Source of the DNA: Phycisphaerales bacterium
Lineage (GTDB): Bacteria; Planctomycetota; Phycisphaerae; Phycisphaerales; SM1A02
DNA length: 62,839 nucleotides
Direction: 5' to 3'
Assembly: GCA_013003065.1 (NCBI GenBank)
Contig: JABDLI010000179.1
Coordinates: forward strand, 1-62,839
A program made the position numbers and the translations under genes. Positions 60,258 to 62,839 of the stretch are shown one piece after another (the first letter of the stretch is position 1; every line of letters begins with the position of its first letter). The notes below the pieces were generated by a model. It made no database searches. It saw only the letters and a list, made by a program, of their open reading frames with translations, and had not been told where the DNA came from.

Positions 60258-61202
60258 TCAGGCCGGACTCGGCACCGTCTCCAGCACTTGTTGCATGATG
60301 CGTCGCGCGGAGACGGCATCGCCGGCGTGGAGCGGGGTCTTGGCGACGATCCGGTGCGCACAAACGGGAAGCACGTTCGAGACGATGTCCTCGGGGACGC
60401 AATAGTCGCGATCACGCAGCACCGCGGTCGCCCGCGCGGCCTGCGACAGGGCAAGCGCTCCCCGCGGACTCAACCCCACGTGCAGCTCTTCGTGTTCGCG
60501 CGTCGCCGATGCCAACGCGATGACGTACTCAACCAGCGATCGATCCATGCGGATGGCATCGGCCGCCGCCTGCAACGCCAGCACCTCGTTCGACGTCATC
60601 ACCGGGCTGAGACCCACGAGCGTGCTGCGGGCGGGCTGCTTCTCGATGATGCGGGCTTCGTCGTCGGGCGCCGGGTATCCCAGGTTGATCCGCATGAGAA
60701 AACGGTCGAGCTGGTTCTCCGGCAGAAAGTAGGTGCCCTCGAACTCGTAGGGGTTCTGCGTCGCGACGACGATGAACGGCTGCGGCAGCTCGCGTCGCGT
60801 CCCGTCCACCGAGATCGCCACTTCGCTCATCGCCTCGAGCAGCGCCGATTGGGTGCGCGGCGTCGTGCGGTTGATCTCGTCGACGACGATCACGTTGTGA
60901 AACACCGGCCCGGGTTTGAAGTCGAATTCGCCCGTCCCGCGGTCGTAGACCGTCACGCCGATGATGTCCGACGGCAGCAAGTCGGGCGTGCACTGGATGC
61001 GGGTGAAGGAGCACTCGATCGAGCGGGCCAACGCGCTGGCCAGGACGGTCTTGCCGACGCCGGGAACATCCTCGATCAGGATGTGCCCGCGCGACAGCAG
61101 GCACACGAGCACGCGATCGACGGCCGCGGTGTTGCCCATGTACACCGAGGTGATGTTGTCACGCAGGCGGTGCAGGGCGTCGACGGACACGGCGGAGCGC
61201 AC
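60258..61202 (-). CDS. MoxR family AAA+ ATPase
   Basis: GHILIEDVPGVGKT (Walker A), VVDEINR (Walker B) and ATQNP are typical MoxR/RavA-like. The start is GTG. Confidence 0.9.
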   Translation of the reverse strand: MRSAVSVDALHRLRDNITSVYMGNTAAVDRVLVCLLSRGHILIEDVPGVGKTVLASALARSIECSFTRIQCTPDLLPSDIIGVTVYDRGTGEFDFKPGPVFHNVIVVDEINRTTPRTQSALLEAMSEVAISVDGTRRELPQPFIVVATQNPYEFEGTYFLPENQLDRFLMRINLGYPAPDDEARIIEKQPARSTLVGLSPVMTSNEVLALQAAADAIRMDRSLVEYVIALASATREHEELHVGLSPRGALALSQAARATAVLRDRDYCVPEDIVSNVLPVCAHRIVAKTPLHAGDAVSARRIMQQVLETVPSPA

Positions 61203-61336
61203 TCCTCGGCTCGCGAACGATCCGCGGCCGGGTGGGGCCGGAGGGTGGGGGGCCGGAGTATAGCCGGGGCCCCGGGGGCTTCGTCGACTTCGTCCGTCTC
61301 GCGGGTCTCGCGGGGTGCCGTCCCCGGGGGGCGGCG

Positions 61337-62242
61337 ATGAACGATGCCGGCAAGCGACCGGTGGAGGGCGTCGAAGCGGCCGAGCTCCGTCGGTCGCTGC
61401 CGTGCCGGAAGTGCCGGTACGACCTGCGGGGTCTGGCCATCGGGGGTGTCTGTCCCGAGTGCGGATTGGCGGTCGTCGACTCCGTTCGAGCCGCGATCGA
61501 TCCCATGGCCGGACGGTTGCCGCGTCTCACCAATCCGCGTTCCGTCGGCAATGCGTTGTTGTGGCTGATCATGTGTCTGGACGCGGCCGCGATCGTGCTC
61601 ACTGGTCGGGCGCTCGGTTTGCGGCTCGACGCGCTCGGTCGCCCGCATCTGGTCGACATGATGCCACGCGGCGTCGTGCTGGGGGCGGTGCTCGTGGCCG
61701 TCGCTGCGTTGCCGGCCGTGGTGCTGCTCGCACCGCCGCGGGAGGCGGAGGGCATCGGTGTCGTGCGGCGGAATCTCTGGCGGCTCGGGGGCGGGCTGCT
61801 TGCGCTCGCAGCCGGGGCCGCAACGGCCTGGGCGTTGGCGTCGGAGCTCGCCGCGTTCGCCGAGATCGAGGAATCGCTGCTCTTGATCACGCTTGCGCTC
61901 GGCATCGCGGCCACGATGCTCCCGCTGCGGGGCATCCTTCAGACGATCGGCGAACGCAGCCGGCAGTACCGCACCGCGCGATCGGAGCGGCAACGAGCGA
62001 TCGACATGGTCGCGGCCGCCGTCGGCATGATTGCCGGGGAGACGGTCCGGTTGGCCGTGCGGGGCGGCGACCTCGGGATCCTCGCGACGCTCGGGGGCAC
62101 GATCGCCTGGATCTCCGCGTTGATGGCCCTCATCGGCTTCGGCTACCTGACCGTCAACGCGGTCTGGATTCGCCGGGCCCTCCGCCGCCCGCCGCCCACG
62201 CTGCACGAACTGGTGACCCGGGCGAACACCGACGAGGGCTGA
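61337..62242 (+). CDS. zinc-ribbon membrane protein, function unknown
   Basis: An N-terminal CRKCRYDLRG-x7-CPECG ribbon is followed by ~6 TM segments. ATG 61337 lies inside track ORF 61232..62242. Confidence 0.6.
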   Translation: MNDAGKRPVEGVEAAELRRSLPCRKCRYDLRGLAIGGVCPECGLAVVDSVRAAIDPMAGRLPRLTNPRSVGNALLWLIMCLDAAAIVLTGRALGLRLDALGRPHLVDMMPRGVVLGAVLVAVAALPAVVLLAPPREAEGIGVVRRNLWRLGGGLLALAAGAATAWALASELAAFAEIEESLLLITLALGIAATMLPLRGILQTIGERSRQYRTARSERQRAIDMVAAAVGMIAGETVRLAVRGGDLGILATLGGTIAWISALMALIGFGYLTVNAVWIRRALRRPPPTLHELVTRANTDEG

Positions 62243-62290
62243 CGCCTGCCAGCTTGGCAGGTCGGCCGGCCCCGGCCGCAGGCGTTTGTC
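62242..62290 (+). terminator. hairpin terminator candidate after the zinc-ribbon membrane gene
   Basis: The outer stem ACGCCTGC/GCAGGCGT encloses an inner hairpin CCTGCCA-GCT-TGGCAGG and is followed by TTGTC. The U-tract is weak. Confidence 0.35.
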
Positions 62291-62365
62291 AGACGCGGGG
62301 GCGGGCCGTTGGGCCCGGAACCCCCCAATCGGACCGGAAAGCCGGTTTTTCGGTGGCCCGCGTGA

Positions 62366-62839
<474 letters not shown>

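Overview
This is a very GC-rich, gene-dense chromosomal segment with about 58 protein genes. I saw no rRNA, tRNA, CRISPR array, transposase or prophage genes. The gene content suggests a Planctomycetota-like organism, but that is inference only. The cues are an ECF sigma factor followed directly by a large Ser/Thr kinase, many CxxC...CPECG zinc-ribbon membrane proteins, an orphan pilT, a groEL with no groES upstream, and a flagellar rod/ring operon. Most genes are housekeeping. They include trpC and trpS, a leucine-catabolism operon (methylcrotonyl-CoA carboxylase, hydratase, HMG-CoA lyase, birA), ftsK, gpmI, yggS, rex, metF, a glycogen-debranching-type enzyme, flgF-flgG-flgA-flgH, xerD, a P1B-type metal ATPase, eno, yceI, clpS, der, lepB, HU, leuS, folC, a LOG-family protein, mgtE, hpt, a MoxR ATPase and the 5' end of groEL. 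The long R/G/P-rich ORFs that lie antisense to these genes in the six-frame track are high-GC artefacts. The most interesting signals are regulatory or RNA-level rather than a new multi-gene system: (1) a leaderless 15-codon leader ORF with five Leu codons plus mutually exclusive antiterminator and terminator hairpins upstream of leuS; (2) a 161-nt near-continuous hairpin starting directly after the ftsK stop, in which all eight transition mismatches are G.U only on the ftsK-sense strand; (3) a small stand-alone unit with a 15-nt perfect complement to the canonical 16S 3' tail driving coupled micro-ORFs; (4) recurrent TAnnnT boxes 6-9 nt upstream of start codons at 11 loci, pointing to leaderless mRNAs; (5) a consensus sigma54 promoter for the flagellar operon; (6) a 732-aa secreted protein with 29-30-aa Ser/Arg/Lys tandem repeats and a His/Trp/Tyr/Gly-rich block; (7) a methylcrotonyl-CoA carboxylase alpha subunit split into two GTGA-coupled ORFs. 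All function calls come from reading the translations for family hallmarks, because no database search was possible.
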